A stretch of 48,344 bases of DNA from an uncultured Prevotella sp. (GTDB taxonomy: Bacteria > Bacteroidota > Bacteroidia > Bacteroidales > Bacteroidaceae): assembly GCA_905372445.1 (NCBI GenBank), contig CAJPPF010000001.1, positions 1 through 48,344 of the forward strand, written 5' to 3'. Both the position numbers and the translations under genes were made by a program. Below are positions 19,597 to 30,516 of the stretch, piece by piece. A model generated the notes under the pieces. The model was given only the letters and a program-made list of their open reading frames with translations. It ran no database searches and was not told where the DNA came from. Position 1 is the first letter of the stretch. Each line of letters begins with the position of its first letter.

Positions 19597-21843
19597 ATGT
19601 CAGAGGAAGCAATAAACAAAACAACAGATGAGAATGCTGTGGACCAGGCGTTTCAACGACTCATCGATACATACCTCGCTTCGCAGCATCGAAAGAAGGT
19701 AGACATCATCACAAAAGCGTTCAACTTCGCCCGTCAGGCACATAAAGGTGTCAAACGACTATCGGGAGAACCCTACATCATGCACCCCATCGCTGTTGCA
19801 CAGATAGCCAGCGAAGAGATGGGACTGGGCTCGACGAGTATCTGTGCGGCACTGTTGCACGATGTTGTAGAAGACACCGACTACACAATAGAAGACATAG
19901 AAAACCTTTTCGGACCGAAGATAGCACAGATTGTCGACGGGCTGACAAAGATAGCGGGCGGTATTTTCGGTGAACACGCATCAGAACAGGCAGAGAATTT
20001 CAAAAAACTCCTGCTGACAATGAGCGACGACATACGCGTTATCCTTATTAAGATATGCGACCGTCTGCACAATATGCGTACGCTTGACGCACAGCCACCG
20101 AGCAAGCAATATAAGATTGCCGGCGAGACGCTTTACCTCTATGCACCTCTTGCCAACCGACTTGGACTGAACAAGATTAAGACCGAACTGGAGAATCTCA
20201 GTTTCTGCTTCGAGCATCCCGACACCTATGATGCTATCATAAAAAAACTCTCCGTCTCTCAGGTCGACCGCGACAAACTCTTCGAGAACTTCACTGCCCC
20301 AATACGCGAGGCTCTCGACAAAATGGGAATCAACTATACCATCAAGGCGCGAGTGAAGAGTCCTTACTCTATCTGGAACAAGATGCAGAACAAGCACGTC
20401 ACCTTCGATGAGATATACGATATCCTTGCCGTACGCATCATATTCACTCCTAATAAACGTGAGGATGAAATCGATGAATGTTTCAAGATATATGTCGCCG
20501 TCAGCAAAATATATAAATCACATCCCGACCGCCTGCGCGACTGGCTGAACCATCCTAAAGCCAACGGCTATCAGGCGCTACACGTCACTCTGATGAGTAA
20601 GCTCGGTCAATGGATTGAGGTTCAGATTCGCTCTGATCGCATGGACGAACTGGCGGAACAGGGTTTTGCCGCTCATTGGAAATACAAGGAAGGCAACGGC
20701 GAAGCCAACGAAGAAGGAGAACTTAACAATTGGATAGGAACTATAAAGGAGATTCTCGACGACCCACAACCGGACGCGATGGACTTCCTCGATGCCATAA
20801 AGCTCAACCTCTATGCACGCGAGATATTCGTCTTCACGCCGAAAGGAGAGATTATCACCATGCCGGCAGGATGCACCGCACTGGACTTCGCTTTCCAGAT
20901 ACACACCTTCGTGGGCACTCACTGCATAGGTGCAAAGGTCAACCATAAGCTCGTGCCTATGAGCCACAAGCTGCAAGGCGGCGACCAGGTAGAGATTCTC
21001 ACATCGAAGTCGCAGAAGGTGCAACCCGAATGGGAGGACTTCATAACCACGGCAAAGGCACGCAGCAAGATACAGGCAGCATTGCGACGCGAGAACCGCG
21101 AGATGCAGAAGAAAGGTGAGGCGATGCTGGCTGAGTTCATGAACGAGAAGGATATGGAGATGACCATATCAATTCTCGACCGTCTGTGCGAGGCAAACAA
21201 TTTCAGCAAGCATGAGACGCTGTTCGTAGAAATTGCGAAAAAGAATATTCCGCTTGACGACAAGCTGATCAACGCAGCGCTCGGCAAGAACTCAAAAAAG
21301 AAGGGCAACTGGCGCAAATACGTACCTTTCCTCAAATCAGAGAAGAAAGCTCAGGACAGCGGTGAGGGCAAACTCATCATAAGCAAGGATTTCGACCGGA
21401 AGAAGACACTATACATCAACGAAGAGAACATATCACAGTTCAACTTCCCTACCTGCTGTCATCCCATACCAGGCGATAACATTCTCGGATTCATCGAGTC
21501 TAACAAACAGGTATCAATCCACAAACGTTCCTGCAGCGTGGCAAACGTACTGAAATCAAGCTATGGCAACCGTATACTTGATGTGCGCTGGAATATGATG
21601 TACGACACGCTCTTCGACGCAACAATAGCAATACGAGGCATCGACCGTAAGGGAATACTCAACGACGTCACAGAGATAATATCAAAGAGCATGGATGTCA
21701 ACATACGCAGTCTTACAATATCATCGCATGATGAAATCTTTGACGGCACATTAGAGCTGAGGGTTCATAATAACGAAGAGCTCAACGCCATTGTCAACAA
21801 CCTCAAGAAAGTTGATAAGATGCAGGAGGTGGCAGCATTATAA
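19597..21843 (+). CDS. RelA/SpoT (p)ppGpp synthetase/hydrolase
   Basis: HD motif LLHDVVED, synthetase PKANGYQALH/EVQIRS, TGS (VFTPKG), C-terminal ACT. Confidence 0.95.
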   Translation: MSEEAINKTTDENAVDQAFQRLIDTYLASQHRKKVDIITKAFNFARQAHKGVKRLSGEPYIMHPIAVAQIASEEMGLGSTSICAALLHDVVEDTDYTIEDIENLFGPKIAQIVDGLTKIAGGIFGEHASEQAENFKKLLLTMSDDIRVILIKICDRLHNMRTLDAQPPSKQYKIAGETLYLYAPLANRLGLNKIKTELENLSFCFEHPDTYDAIIKKLSVSQVDRDKLFENFTAPIREALDKMGINYTIKARVKSPYSIWNKMQNKHVTFDEIYDILAVRIIFTPNKREDEIDECFKIYVAVSKIYKSHPDRLRDWLNHPKANGYQALHVTLMSKLGQWIEVQIRSDRMDELAEQGFAAHWKYKEGNGEANEEGELNNWIGTIKEILDDPQPDAMDFLDAIKLNLYAREIFVFTPKGEIITMPAGCTALDFAFQIHTFVGTHCIGAKVNHKLVPMSHKLQGGDQVEILTSKSQKVQPEWEDFITTAKARSKIQAALRRENREMQKKGEAMLAEFMNEKDMEMTISILDRLCEANNFSKHETLFVEIAKKNIPLDDKLINAALGKNSKKKGNWRKYVPFLKSEKKAQDSGEGKLIISKDFDRKKTLYINEENISQFNFPTCCHPIPGDNILGFIESNKQVSIHKRSCSVANVLKSSYGNRILDVRWNMMYDTLFDATIAIRGIDRKGILNDVTEIISKSMDVNIRSLTISSHDEIFDGTLELRVHNNEELNAIVNNLKKVDKMQEVAAL

Positions 21844-21897
21844 ACAACTGACAAAAAGAATATACGGAAAAGACATTTGTCTATATATATAATAATC

Positions 21898-21927
21898 AAG
21901 GTGGAAGCCAAGTGAGGCTTCCACCTT
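21898..21927. terminator. Probable bidirectional terminator between convergent rel and alaS
   Basis: AAGGTGGAAGCC-AAGTGA-GGCTTCCACCTT perfect 12-bp stem. Confidence 0.75.
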
Positions 21928-21958
21928 ATTATATATAGGGGATAATATTGTTTTACGG

Positions 21959-24589
21959 TTATCCTTTTATGAGGTCAACCACAGCGTTGACAGCTTGAAG
22001 AAGCCCCGACGCGTCCTTACCGCCAGCCTGAGCGAAGTGAGGCTGGCCGCCACCGCCACCCTTGATGTGCTTAGCAGCTTCACGGACAAGCTTACCTGCA
22101 TTCATTCCGGCAGCAACCATATCATCGCTGAGCATGATATTCAATGACGGACGTCCCTGTTCCTCTGCACCTATGACACAGACGAGTCTCTCAGGCACAG
22201 CCTCGCGAATCTTAAACACAAGGTCCTTTGCTGATGCAGCGTCAAGAGGGATTACAGCCTTAACGACTGTATATCCTGCAATATTCTCCGCCTTCTCTAC
22301 GAGATTGTTCTTTAAGCGTTCAACGCGTTGCATGCGGAAACTCTCGATCTGCTTCTTAAGCTCGGCATTGTCGTTGATGAACTTTTCAATAGTAGCGTGC
22401 AGGTCTTTTGTGTTGTTGAACATACCACGTATGTCGCGAATAATGTTCTCCATCTCATAGATCATCTCCTCCATGTTCTTCCCAGTGACTGCCTCTATAC
22501 GGCGTATACCTGCGGCAACACTTGCCTCGGAAATAATCTTGAACATACCGATACGACCTGTTGAATGCGCATGAATACCACCACAGAACTCTACTGACGG
22601 ACCGAACTGGATGACACGGACCGTATCTCCGTACTTCTCGCCAAAGAGAGCGATAGCACCAAGCTCCTTTGCTTTCTCTATAGGTGTGTCGCGATGCTCC
22701 TGAATCTGAATGTCCTCACGTATCATAGCGTTCACCATGCGCTCTACCTCACGCAACTGCTCGTCGCTGACTTTCTCGAAATGAGAGAAGTCGAAGCGCA
22801 GAGTGTCAGGCGAGACGTATGAGCCCTTCTGCTCCACATGCTCGCCAAGAACCTGTTTCAACGCATAGTCAAGAAGGTGTGTGGCAGTGTGGTTGGCAGC
22901 TGACGCATCGCGCTTTTCGATATCAACACAAGCCATATATTCGGCAGTGAGGTTCTTTGGAAGCTCTGCAACGATGTGTACAGTCTGTCCGTTCTCCCTC
23001 TTCGTGTCAATGATATTCACTGTCTCATCCTCAGAGACGAGCACACCTTGTTCACCTACCTGCCCACCCATCTCTCCATAGAACGGAGTATTATTGAGAA
23101 CAATCTCATAGAAGGTCTTTTTCTGCTGCTTCACCATGCGATAGCGAATGATGCGGCAGTTGTATTCCGAATAGTCATAGCCCACAAACTGCTGCTCGTG
23201 GCTGATGTCGAAGCCTTCAACAGCTACCCAGTCGCCGTTCTCTACCTGGGCAGCATTGCGTGCACGGTTCTTCTGTGCCTCCATCTCTTCGTCAAACTTC
23301 ACAGCGTCAACAGTGATACCGTTCTCACGGCATATAAGTTCTGTGAGGTCGAGAGGGAAACCGTAGGTATCGAAAAGACGGAATGCCTTGCTGCCGTCGA
23401 GCACGCTCTTTCCTTCTTTCTTTATCTCGTCAATTGCCTCCGTCAGCATAGAGATACCTTTGTCGAGGGTACGGAGGAACGAGTCTTCCTCTTCCTTAAT
23501 GACACGCCCGATGAGTTCGCGCTGTGCAGGCAGTTCAGGATAAGCGTCGCCCATCTCCTCAACGAGGACAGGAAGCAGCTTGTATATGAACGACTCTTTC
23601 TGGTCGAGGAATGTATATGCGTAGCGGACAGCACGGCGAAGGATGCGGCGAATAACATATCCTGCCTTGGCATTTCCCGGGAGCTGACCGTCAGCAATAG
23701 AGAAAGCAACAGCACGCAGGTGGTCGGAGATGACACGCATTGCCACGTCTACGTCCTCTGTCTTACCGTATTCCTTGCCTGAGAGGCGTGAAATCTCCTT
23801 GATGAACGGCTGGAAAATATCAGTATCGTAGTTTGAATTCTTGCCTTGTATGGCACGGACGAGGCGCTCAAACCCCATACCTGTGTCGATGACATTCATA
23901 GAAAGATTCTCAAGTGAGCCGTCAGACTTACGGTTGAACTGCATGAACACGATGTTCCAAATTTCGATTACCTGCGGGTCGTCTTTATTTACGAGCTCAC
24001 GTCCGGGCACCTTTGCCTTCTCCTCGGCGCTGCGCGAGTCGAGATGAATCTCCGAACAAGGACCGCAAGGACCCGTATCACCCATCTCCCAGAAGTTGTC
24101 GTGCTTGTTGCCGTCGATGATATGATCGGCAGGAACATGCTTCAGCCAGAACCGTGCAGCCTCTTCGTCGCGACCGAGATTCTCCTCCTTTGAACCCTCG
24201 AACACCGTCACATACAAGTCTGCAGGATTGAGTTTTAGGACATCAACGAGATATTCCCATGCCATGTCGATAGCACCTTCCTTAAAATAGTCGCCGAACG
24301 ACCAGTTGCCGAGCATCTCGAACATTGTATGGTGGTATGTGTCATGACCTACTTCCTCAAGGTCGTTGTGCTTACCTGATACTCGCAGACACTTCTGCGA
24401 GTCTGCCCTGCGGCGTGGCTCCGGGTCACGTGTGCCGAGGATGATATCCTTCCACTGGTTCATACCCGCATTGGTGAACATCAGCGTAGGGTCATCCTTC
24501 ACAACCATCGGAGCAGAAGGAACAATAACATGCCCCTTATCCTTGAAAAAATTCTTATACGATTCACGTATCTCTTTTGCAGTCATCAT
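21959..24589 (-). CDS. alaS: Alanine--tRNA ligase
   Basis: [29 protein letters not shown], editing HTATH/EFCGG, C-terminal GGGGG. Confidence 0.98.
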   Translation of the reverse strand: MMTAKEIRESYKNFFKDKGHVIVPSAPMVVKDDPTLMFTNAGMNQWKDIILGTRDPEPRRRADSQKCLRVSGKHNDLEEVGHDTYHHTMFEMLGNWSFGDYFKEGAIDMAWEYLVDVLKLNPADLYVTVFEGSKEENLGRDEEAARFWLKHVPADHIIDGNKHDNFWEMGDTGPCGPCSEIHLDSRSAEEKAKVPGRELVNKDDPQVIEIWNIVFMQFNRKSDGSLENLSMNVIDTGMGFERLVRAIQGKNSNYDTDIFQPFIKEISRLSGKEYGKTEDVDVAMRVISDHLRAVAFSIADGQLPGNAKAGYVIRRILRRAVRYAYTFLDQKESFIYKLLPVLVEEMGDAYPELPAQRELIGRVIKEEEDSFLRTLDKGISMLTEAIDEIKKEGKSVLDGSKAFRLFDTYGFPLDLTELICRENGITVDAVKFDEEMEAQKNRARNAAQVENGDWVAVEGFDISHEQQFVGYDYSEYNCRIIRYRMVKQQKKTFYEIVLNNTPFYGEMGGQVGEQGVLVSEDETVNIIDTKRENGQTVHIVAELPKNLTAEYMACVDIEKRDASAANHTATHLLDYALKQVLGEHVEQKGSYVSPDTLRFDFSHFEKVSDEQLREVERMVNAMIREDIQIQEHRDTPIEKAKELGAIALFGEKYGDTVRVIQFGPSVEFCGGIHAHSTGRIGMFKIISEASVAAGIRRIEAVTGKNMEEMIYEMENIIRDIRGMFNNTKDLHATIEKFINDNAELKKQIESFRMQRVERLKNNLVEKAENIAGYTVVKAVIPLDAASAKDLVFKIREAVPERLVCVIGAEEQGRPSLNIMLSDDMVAAGMNAGKLVREAAKHIKGGGGGQPHFAQAGGKDASGLLQAVNAVVDLIKG

Positions 24590-24760
24590 TTTCTTTGCTG
24601 TTTGACTATTGTATTGTTTCCATTAAATATTTGCGGGCACAAAGGTACGGTAAAATTTTCAATTTTAGTCATCTTTGCCCTTACAACATTTAACTTTGAG
24701 CCAAAATTCCTTTGCCATTCGTTCTTTTTTTTGTAAATTTGCTCAAAAATCAAGATACAC

Positions 24761-25108
24761 ATGGCATTAAACACCGAAAAAGATCTAAAGCTCTACTACT
24801 CCATAAAAGAGGTGGCAGAGATGTTCAAAGTCAACCAAAGCACACTACGCTACTGGGAGACAGTATTCAAGCAAATCCAGCCGAGGACCAATGCAAAAGG
24901 TGTGCGCCAGTATACCAAGCAGAACATCGAGGAGATTCGTATTGTATACAACCTGGTCAAGGTGCGTGGTTTCAAGCTTGAGTCGGCAAAGAAAGCCATC
25001 AATGCCAACCGTCATGGTGCAGACAAATCGACAGAGATAATCGACACGCTGATCTCGTGCCGCAATCAACTGCAGGAGGTGAAGAAACAACTTGACACTA
25101 TCGTGTGA
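24761..25108 (+). CDS. MerR-family HTH transcriptional regulator
   Basis: YYSIKEVAEMFKVNQSTLRYWE; divergent from alaS. Confidence 0.88.
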   Translation: MALNTEKDLKLYYSIKEVAEMFKVNQSTLRYWETVFKQIQPRTNAKGVRQYTKQNIEEIRIVYNLVKVRGFKLESAKKAINANRHGADKSTEIIDTLISCRNQLQEVKKQLDTIV

Positions 25109-25354
25109 TGTCTTTTACACGAAAATGACAGAAAATAAAATAGGAAAACAAGAAGATTACAAAAATAAGGCATCTTCTTGTTTTTTTGCGTCGCCTAGTG
25201 TTGGTCCTTTATTAAGCCACGTGTATATCAGAATTATACCTCTGTTCGGAATAAGCATTGCATAAAACAACCGGCACGCGCCTTCTCACGCCATGCCAAT
25301 TATAAACACGGAAAGTATACATCAGTATATGTAAATAAAACGCCATGCGCCAGC

Positions 25355-25453
25355 GTAGGGGTGTGATTTATCACGTTCCTCCCCTCCCCCAAAAAATCCA
25401 ACAGACGTTGCGACGTGCTTGCAAAGACGGAACGTGAGGAATCACGCCCCTTC
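25355..25453. repeat. REP doublet (family B)
   Basis: GTAGGGGTGTGATTTATCACGTTCC ... GGAACGTGAGGAATCACGCCCCTTC. Confidence 0.85.
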
Positions 25454-25851
25454 AGTTTATGCGAATAAACTTAACAAAAAGAGCATTCTAAGCATACATA
25501 CAGCCGATATTTGCCGGCACGTTGTCGTTCATTGCCGAAAAACGCTTGTTTTTGGTATTACGCACAAGGTGGTGATAATCAGCATTATAACCTTGTTTAA
25601 TGCCGACAAAATTAAAAAACAGTTTCAAGAACCGTAGTTTCTTGAGTCTAATTACTACGTTTCTTGCCGATGAAACCACTGTTTTTATCATCAAGAACCG
25701 CAGCTTTTTGAGCGAAAAAGCACGGAATTAAGCTGTTTTCAGCTTTGGTCGCTTCTCGAAGAAGTGGTTTTATGCCATGCTAACTTGGCAAATCATTGTT
25801 TTTAATTTTCTATTTCACTAAAAATCACGAAGGTATTTTTTCTTGACTAAA

Positions 25852-26043
25852 CCTAAATCGGTCAATAGATCGCAGTGCAGTTTTATTGTCAAAGGAAAAA
25901 GTTTGCCTACTGCTTTTGCATGCTTGTATGGTATATTACCAGCCTTATTATCTTGATGTAGCCCGCTACACCCAAGGTAACACAGCAGCTGGTCTGCTCA
26001 ACAATCATACGAAATCAGTTCGAAATCTATTGATCGATTTTGG
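25852..26043 (+). mobile_element. MITE A, diverged ~192-bp copy nested in element C
   Basis: CCTAAATCGGTCAATAGATCGCAGTG ... TCTATTGATCGATTTTGG; flanks CTAAA/CTCAA (decayed TSD). Confidence 0.85.
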
Positions 26044-26100
26044 CTCAACATCAAGTTTCGAATAATATTTCTGTAACTTTTACAAGATATTTCTTATCCC

Positions 26101-26268
26101 GAACTACGAGCCCCAGCACTCTGCTTCACCTGCCATACGTAGAGAAGTGAGCGAATTTTTAGCGGAGCCTTCAGTTTACCAAAGCCCACGGTGTGCCACA
26201 ACACGCGGTTGGGCAAAGGCGAGATAGCTTGCTACAGTCATCAAAACAAGTAAAAAAGAATATTTCAT
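26101..26268 (-). pseudogene. Glycerophosphodiester phosphodiesterase (GDPD) 5' fragment
   Basis: Hand translation MKYSFLLVLMTVASYLAFAQPRVVAHRGLW*TEGSAKNSLTSLRMAGEAECWGS*F: signal peptide + AHRG...NS...GS(E)F motif, two in-frame stops, truncated at element C. Confidence 0.8.
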
Positions 26269-26270
26269 CT

Positions 26271-27734
26271 TCAGCCGCTTATTTGAGTATCGCGCCAATT
26301 GACTAAATAGAGATGTTCTGTCGCACGTGTGAAAGCTGTGTATAGCCAGTGAATGTAGTCAGGCGTGAGCATGTCGTCGGTCATATAACCCTGGTCGAGA
26401 TATACGTGCTCCCACTGTCCGCCCTGTGCTTTATGGCAGGTGATGGCATAGGCATACTTTATCTGAAGGGCATTGAAATGGTCGTCTTCGCGCACTGCTT
26501 TCATCTTTTCTGCCTTGGTATTGATGTCGAAATAGTCGTCGTAGACTCCGGCAAAGAGTTGCTGTTGCTGCTCGTTGGTCAGCGCCGGCGACTCCGAGGC
26601 GAGGCTGTCGGTGATGACGGTGAGCGTCGTCTCGTAGTTGTCGTAGTCGGGGAAACGCAGCATGACATCGGCGAAATGCAGTCCATACAGTTCGCGGTTA
26701 TTCCTCACACGATGCACTACAGCGATATCACCATTCGCCAAGAATGTCGGGATAGTGTCTACAGGCTGATTGTTCTTTATACACTCGGCTATCTCCTGTT
26801 CTGTCCAATGGTAGCTGTTCTTCACAATCATGAGCCGATCGCCCGTCTCCAACTCCTCCTCACGACCGAGAATCATATTCCTTATGCCCTGATTATATAT
26901 GTTTGCACGCTTGTTGGACCGTGTGATGACCATGGTCCCGTCTACGCCTACCTTCGAGTAGCTGCTATCCAGCTGCTCAATCAAGTCATTACCCTCGACG
27001 ATATGGATATCAGGAAAGCCGGCAAAGCGTATCTTCGGCAGTTGGGTGATATTGTCATGGGTTATCATCTGTCGTATGACAGTGGCATTATACAATATGC
27101 CCGAGTCACGGCTCTGGCGCAGCACCTCGTTAATGTCGCACTCAAAGACCCTCATGCCATAGCCCGCGATACAACGCGCATCAAGTGCCGGCGACTCCTC
27201 TGCACCCACCGGTGGCAGCTGGGCCTTGTCGCCGATAAGCATCAGATGGCAGTTATGACCTGAATAGACATACCGCATAAGGTCGTCGAGCAGGCAGCCG
27301 CTGCCGAACAATCCATCGCCTGAAGCGAAGCCGCCATTGGCAATCATCGATGCCTCATCGACAATGAAAAGTGTGTTCTGGTGCATATTCTGATTGAGGT
27401 TAAACCCGGTGTCGACACCCGAGAATGCTTTCTGGCGGTATATCTTTCTGTGAATGGTAAGCGCCGGGCGGTCACTGTTCAACGAGAACATTTTTGCCGC
27501 GCGTCCCGTCGGTGCAAGCAGAACAACACGCTGCCCTAACCTGATCAACGTATTCACGATGGAAGAGGCAAGCGTGGTCTTACCCGTGCCTGCCGAGCCA
27601 CGCATCAACATCACAGTATTGCCTTCGCTACAAAACATGAAATCGGAAAAGGCACGAGTAGCGGCAAGCTGCTCGTCAGTGAGCGGAAAACCAAAAGATT
27701 TACATATTTCGGATGTTAATTGCTCGTTGTTCAT
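26271..27734 (-). CDS. RecD-like SF1B ATP-dependent DNA helicase
   Basis: [54 protein letters not shown] 27734 preferred. Confidence 0.9.
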   Translation of the reverse strand: MNNEQLTSEICKSFGFPLTDEQLAATRAFSDFMFCSEGNTVMLMRGSAGTGKTTLASSIVNTLIRLGQRVVLLAPTGRAAKMFSLNSDRPALTIHRKIYRQKAFSGVDTGFNLNQNMHQNTLFIVDEASMIANGGFASGDGLFGSGCLLDDLMRYVYSGHNCHLMLIGDKAQLPPVGAEESPALDARCIAGYGMRVFECDINEVLRQSRDSGILYNATVIRQMITHDNITQLPKIRFAGFPDIHIVEGNDLIEQLDSSYSKVGVDGTMVITRSNKRANIYNQGIRNMILGREEELETGDRLMIVKNSYHWTEQEIAECIKNNQPVDTIPTFLANGDIAVVHRVRNNRELYGLHFADVMLRFPDYDNYETTLTVITDSLASESPALTNEQQQQLFAGVYDDYFDINTKAEKMKAVREDDHFNALQIKYAYAITCHKAQGGQWEHVYLDQGYMTDDMLTPDYIHWLYTAFTRATEHLYLVNWRDTQISG

Positions 27735-27814
27735 TGTTATATGAAAACTATTTTGTACTTTTGCAGTATGCAATAGATTTAGTTACAAAGATAATAATTA
27801 TTTTGGAAACGTTC

Positions 27815-27961
27815 ATGAGAAAATGGAATAATTACCTGCTGATAGTCTGCATAGCGGCACTTTTGGCTATCTGCGTGATGAGTATCTATCGCCCTGCACA
27901 AACCCAAGATACAACAGATGAACCGATCAGCGACACAACATCTTATAGTCAGAATAAGTAA
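27815..27961 (+). CDS. Small single-TM protein (48 aa)
   Basis: MRKWNNYLLIVCIAALLAICVMSIYRP...; downstream of a TACTTTTG box (~27757); overlaps the DUF3822 start. Confidence 0.5.
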   Translation: MRKWNNYLLIVCIAALLAICVMSIYRPAQTQDTTDEPISDTTSYSQNK

Positions 27962-28706
27962 AGACAGTCTCTCGTTTGCCATGGACTGCGGCGACGAGGA
28001 AGGAATATGCTTTGAGCCTTACGCGATGAAGAGCGGAATCTCCATTGCCGCCAACCTGCGCGAGGCTTTCAAAACGAGCGATCTGCTCAGCAGGGCAGGC
28101 TCTAAGGCAACGGTACTTGTGGACTCGCCGACCCTCATAATGCCTCTCGAAGATTTCCAGGAGGACGAGGTCGAGGAGCAATATGACATGACCTACCCTT
28201 CGCTGAAAGGCATGTCTGTGGAGACATGCGTGCTTCCGGCATTCAGAAACATGGTGGCGTTTGCCGTCGAAAAGGACGTTAAGACGGTGCTATGCGACAA
28301 TTTTGAGAAAGTGAAGCTGCGCTCGCTGATGATTTCAGTGTGGGAATTTCTACAAAGAAGAAACGGAGCAGCAAACAACAAGAAGCTATATGCCTACTTC
28401 CACGACGGGAAAATTGATATATGTTCCTTCCACCGCAACCGCTTCACGTTTGCCAACACATTCGACGCTGACAACATTCAAAACGAGATGTATTACATTC
28501 TCGGTGCATGGAAACTCATTGGCGCTAAAGCGGCAAACGACGATTTATTCATGTGCGGAAAGATTGACAACAGAGAACAACTGACCGCCGAGCTGAAGAA
28601 TTTCCTCTCCCGGGTGTTCTATATCAATCCGTCTGCCGACTTCAACAGAGCACCGGCAACACAGATTATGAATTTCCCGCTCGACACTATGCTGCAGTTT
28701 GTGTAA
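27918..28706 (+). CDS. DUF3822 family protein
   Basis: SIAANLREAFK, FANTF, YINPSADFNR; usual position upstream of rsmD. Confidence 0.75.
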   Translation: MNRSATQHLIVRISKDSLSFAMDCGDEEGICFEPYAMKSGISIAANLREAFKTSDLLSRAGSKATVLVDSPTLIMPLEDFQEDEVEEQYDMTYPSLKGMSVETCVLPAFRNMVAFAVEKDVKTVLCDNFEKVKLRSLMISVWEFLQRRNGAANNKKLYAYFHDGKIDICSFHRNRFTFANTFDADNIQNEMYYILGAWKLIGAKAANDDLFMCGKIDNREQLTAELKNFLSRVFYINPSADFNRAPATQIMNFPLDTMLQFV

Positions 28707-28730
28707 AAAACATGAAAAGAAAACGCAAGA

Positions 28731-29261
28731 ATGAGAGTAATAACAGGAAAATACAAAAACCGTCATTTTGATATACCACGTTCGTTCAAGGCGCGACCAA
28801 CGACCGACTTTGCCAAGGAGAACATATTTAATGTGATGAACGCATACGTGGATTTTGAGGACTGCACAGCCCTCGACCTCTTTTCAGGCACAGGCTGTAT
28901 ATCACTTGAACTGCTCTCGCGCGGTGCAAAGACCGTGGTGAGCGTGGAAGCCGACAGAGACCATGCTAACTTCATACGGCGGTGTCTGACAAAACTCGGC
29001 GACGAGAATTGTATGCTCATACGTGGCGATGTGTTCCGCTTCGTGAAGTCATGCAAACAGAAGTTCGACTTTATCTTTGCCGATCCTCCCTACGCTCTGC
29101 CAAACCTCGAAACCATTCCCGACCTTATTTTCGAAAAAAAACTGCTCTCCGAAGACGGTGTCTTTGTCTTTGAACATGGCAAACACAATGATTTCTCCGC
29201 ACATCCTAACTTTGTGGAGCACCGCGCATACGGCAGTGTGAACTTCTCTATATTCAAATAA
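28731..29261 (+). CDS. rsmD: 16S rRNA m2G966 methyltransferase
   Basis: MRVITGKYK, RPTTD.AKE, LDLFSGTG, ADPPY. Confidence 0.92.
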   Translation: MRVITGKYKNRHFDIPRSFKARPTTDFAKENIFNVMNAYVDFEDCTALDLFSGTGCISLELLSRGAKTVVSVEADRDHANFIRRCLTKLGDENCMLIRGDVFRFVKSCKQKFDFIFADPPYALPNLETIPDLIFEKKLLSEDGVFVFEHGKHNDFSAHPNFVEHRAYGSVNFSIFK

Positions 29262-29448
29262 ACCTAAACATATATAAAACCACTTTTACGCCAGTATAGG
29301 ATTTTCCGTGTTTGCAAATGGTGTAGCGAGAACCGTAAATGACGTTGCGTGAACCGAAGGGAGGGTATACACCCTTAACAATTAGCCGGTTGTGGAGAAA
29401 AAAGAAAACAGAAGAAATCGCATAATGCGATACAATGCTCGATTGGTG

Positions 29449-30474
29449 TTATTTCAAAATCTCCATTTTCCAACTGAAGCCGATGTTGAGAATCTGCTCA
29501 CTATCATTGAATACTCCGTTCGGATTGGTGTTTTTTCCCCAACAGTGGCTGTAGTGAGCATGAAGCCTGACCTTTTCATTCTTCAACGGGAAGAACTCGC
29601 ATCCTGCTCCAAGACGTAGTATCTCTGTTCCGTCGTGCACTGTCCAGTCGTTTCCATTCCCGGTTTTGTTGACATCGTAGCTGACTTTTGCAAAGCAATG
29701 AAACATATCCGACGCTTTGTATACGAGCTGGCTCATGATGCTGTAATCCTTGAACAGGTCGCTGCCTTTTGAAGCGCGGCTTAGTAAATCCACATCCCAT
29801 GTCAGCCGGCTACTGATGTCGAACCTGTTGCCCGAGGCAAAGTAGTTGATGTATTTGCCTGGCATATATTCAATAAAGTTGAGCGAATAGAAGGTGTGGA
29901 AGAAATCAATGTTTCCATTCCACAACAGGTTGTATGCCCACATCTCACTCGGTTTGCCGTTCATCGCCTTATATGGTCTGGTGAATGGACTCTGGCATAC
30001 CTGGGCGTAGAGAGTGTGCTGCTTGTCGCTGCTATTCAGGACAAGGTTAAGTCCCCATTGATAGCAGTCGTAGTTCATGCAAAACTCGCTGAGTTGATAT
30101 ATGTCTATCGGTGCCGGTTCCGTCTCCCAACAGCCTACAGCGACTATCCATTTTCCTGCCTGCAGGGATATGTTCTCGCTGGTTTTATAGTTGATGTAGA
30201 GCCAGTCGGTGGCATCGAAGAACGATGCGTCCTTGTTCGGTTTGTTCAGACGCTGACGGTATTTATATGAGAAGCGGTCGTTGATATCACCTTCGAGTTT
30301 GAAGTCGACAATGTTTCCCTTTAGTCCGTTCAATTCCTTTTTATGGTTGTCACGATTATAATCAGCGCGGGCTTCGACCTTAAGCTTTATGTTTGAGGTC
30401 GATTCCTGAGCTGTCAGCGTGGTGCAATATATCAACGATAATATGGTCTGCACGAGGAATAATAATCTTTTCAT
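29449..30474 (-). CDS. Putative porin (outer-membrane beta-barrel)
   Basis: Signal peptide; FSYKYRQRLNK, DATDW motifs; amphipathic aromatic strands. Confidence 0.65.
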   Translation of the reverse strand: MKRLLFLVQTILSLIYCTTLTAQESTSNIKLKVEARADYNRDNHKKELNGLKGNIVDFKLEGDINDRFSYKYRQRLNKPNKDASFFDATDWLYINYKTSENISLQAGKWIVAVGCWETEPAPIDIYQLSEFCMNYDCYQWGLNLVLNSSDKQHTLYAQVCQSPFTRPYKAMNGKPSEMWAYNLLWNGNIDFFHTFYSLNFIEYMPGKYINYFASGNRFDISSRLTWDVDLLSRASKGSDLFKDYSIMSQLVYKASDMFHCFAKVSYDVNKTGNGNDWTVHDGTEILRLGAGCEFFPLKNEKVRLHAHYSHCWGKNTNPNGVFNDSEQILNIGFSWKMEILK

Positions 30475-30516
30475 ATCTTTAAAGGGATTGTGAGCTTAAG
30501 GTATTGGGTGTAGTGT

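Larger units (their letters stand above)
25238..26105 (+). mobile_element. Composite non-coding element C, copy 1 (IS982-like ends; contains one REPIN and a MITE A)
   Basis: Ends ACCTCTGTTCGGAATAAG / TTCTTATCCCGAACT; body is the reverse-complement homolog of 34422..35315. Confidence 0.75.

Noticed and set aside
25419..25694. Short ORFs in element C (also 34542..34845 and 14994..15436), including similar MIKT(A/V)VSSARNV peptides
   Set aside because: Similarity comes from the DNA repeat; no transposase or other motif, so treated as non-coding.
26271..27734. RecD-like helicase as part of a defence system
   Set aside because: It is the ordinary Bacteroidetes helicase divergent from DUF3822-rsmD, with no nuclease or methylase partners.
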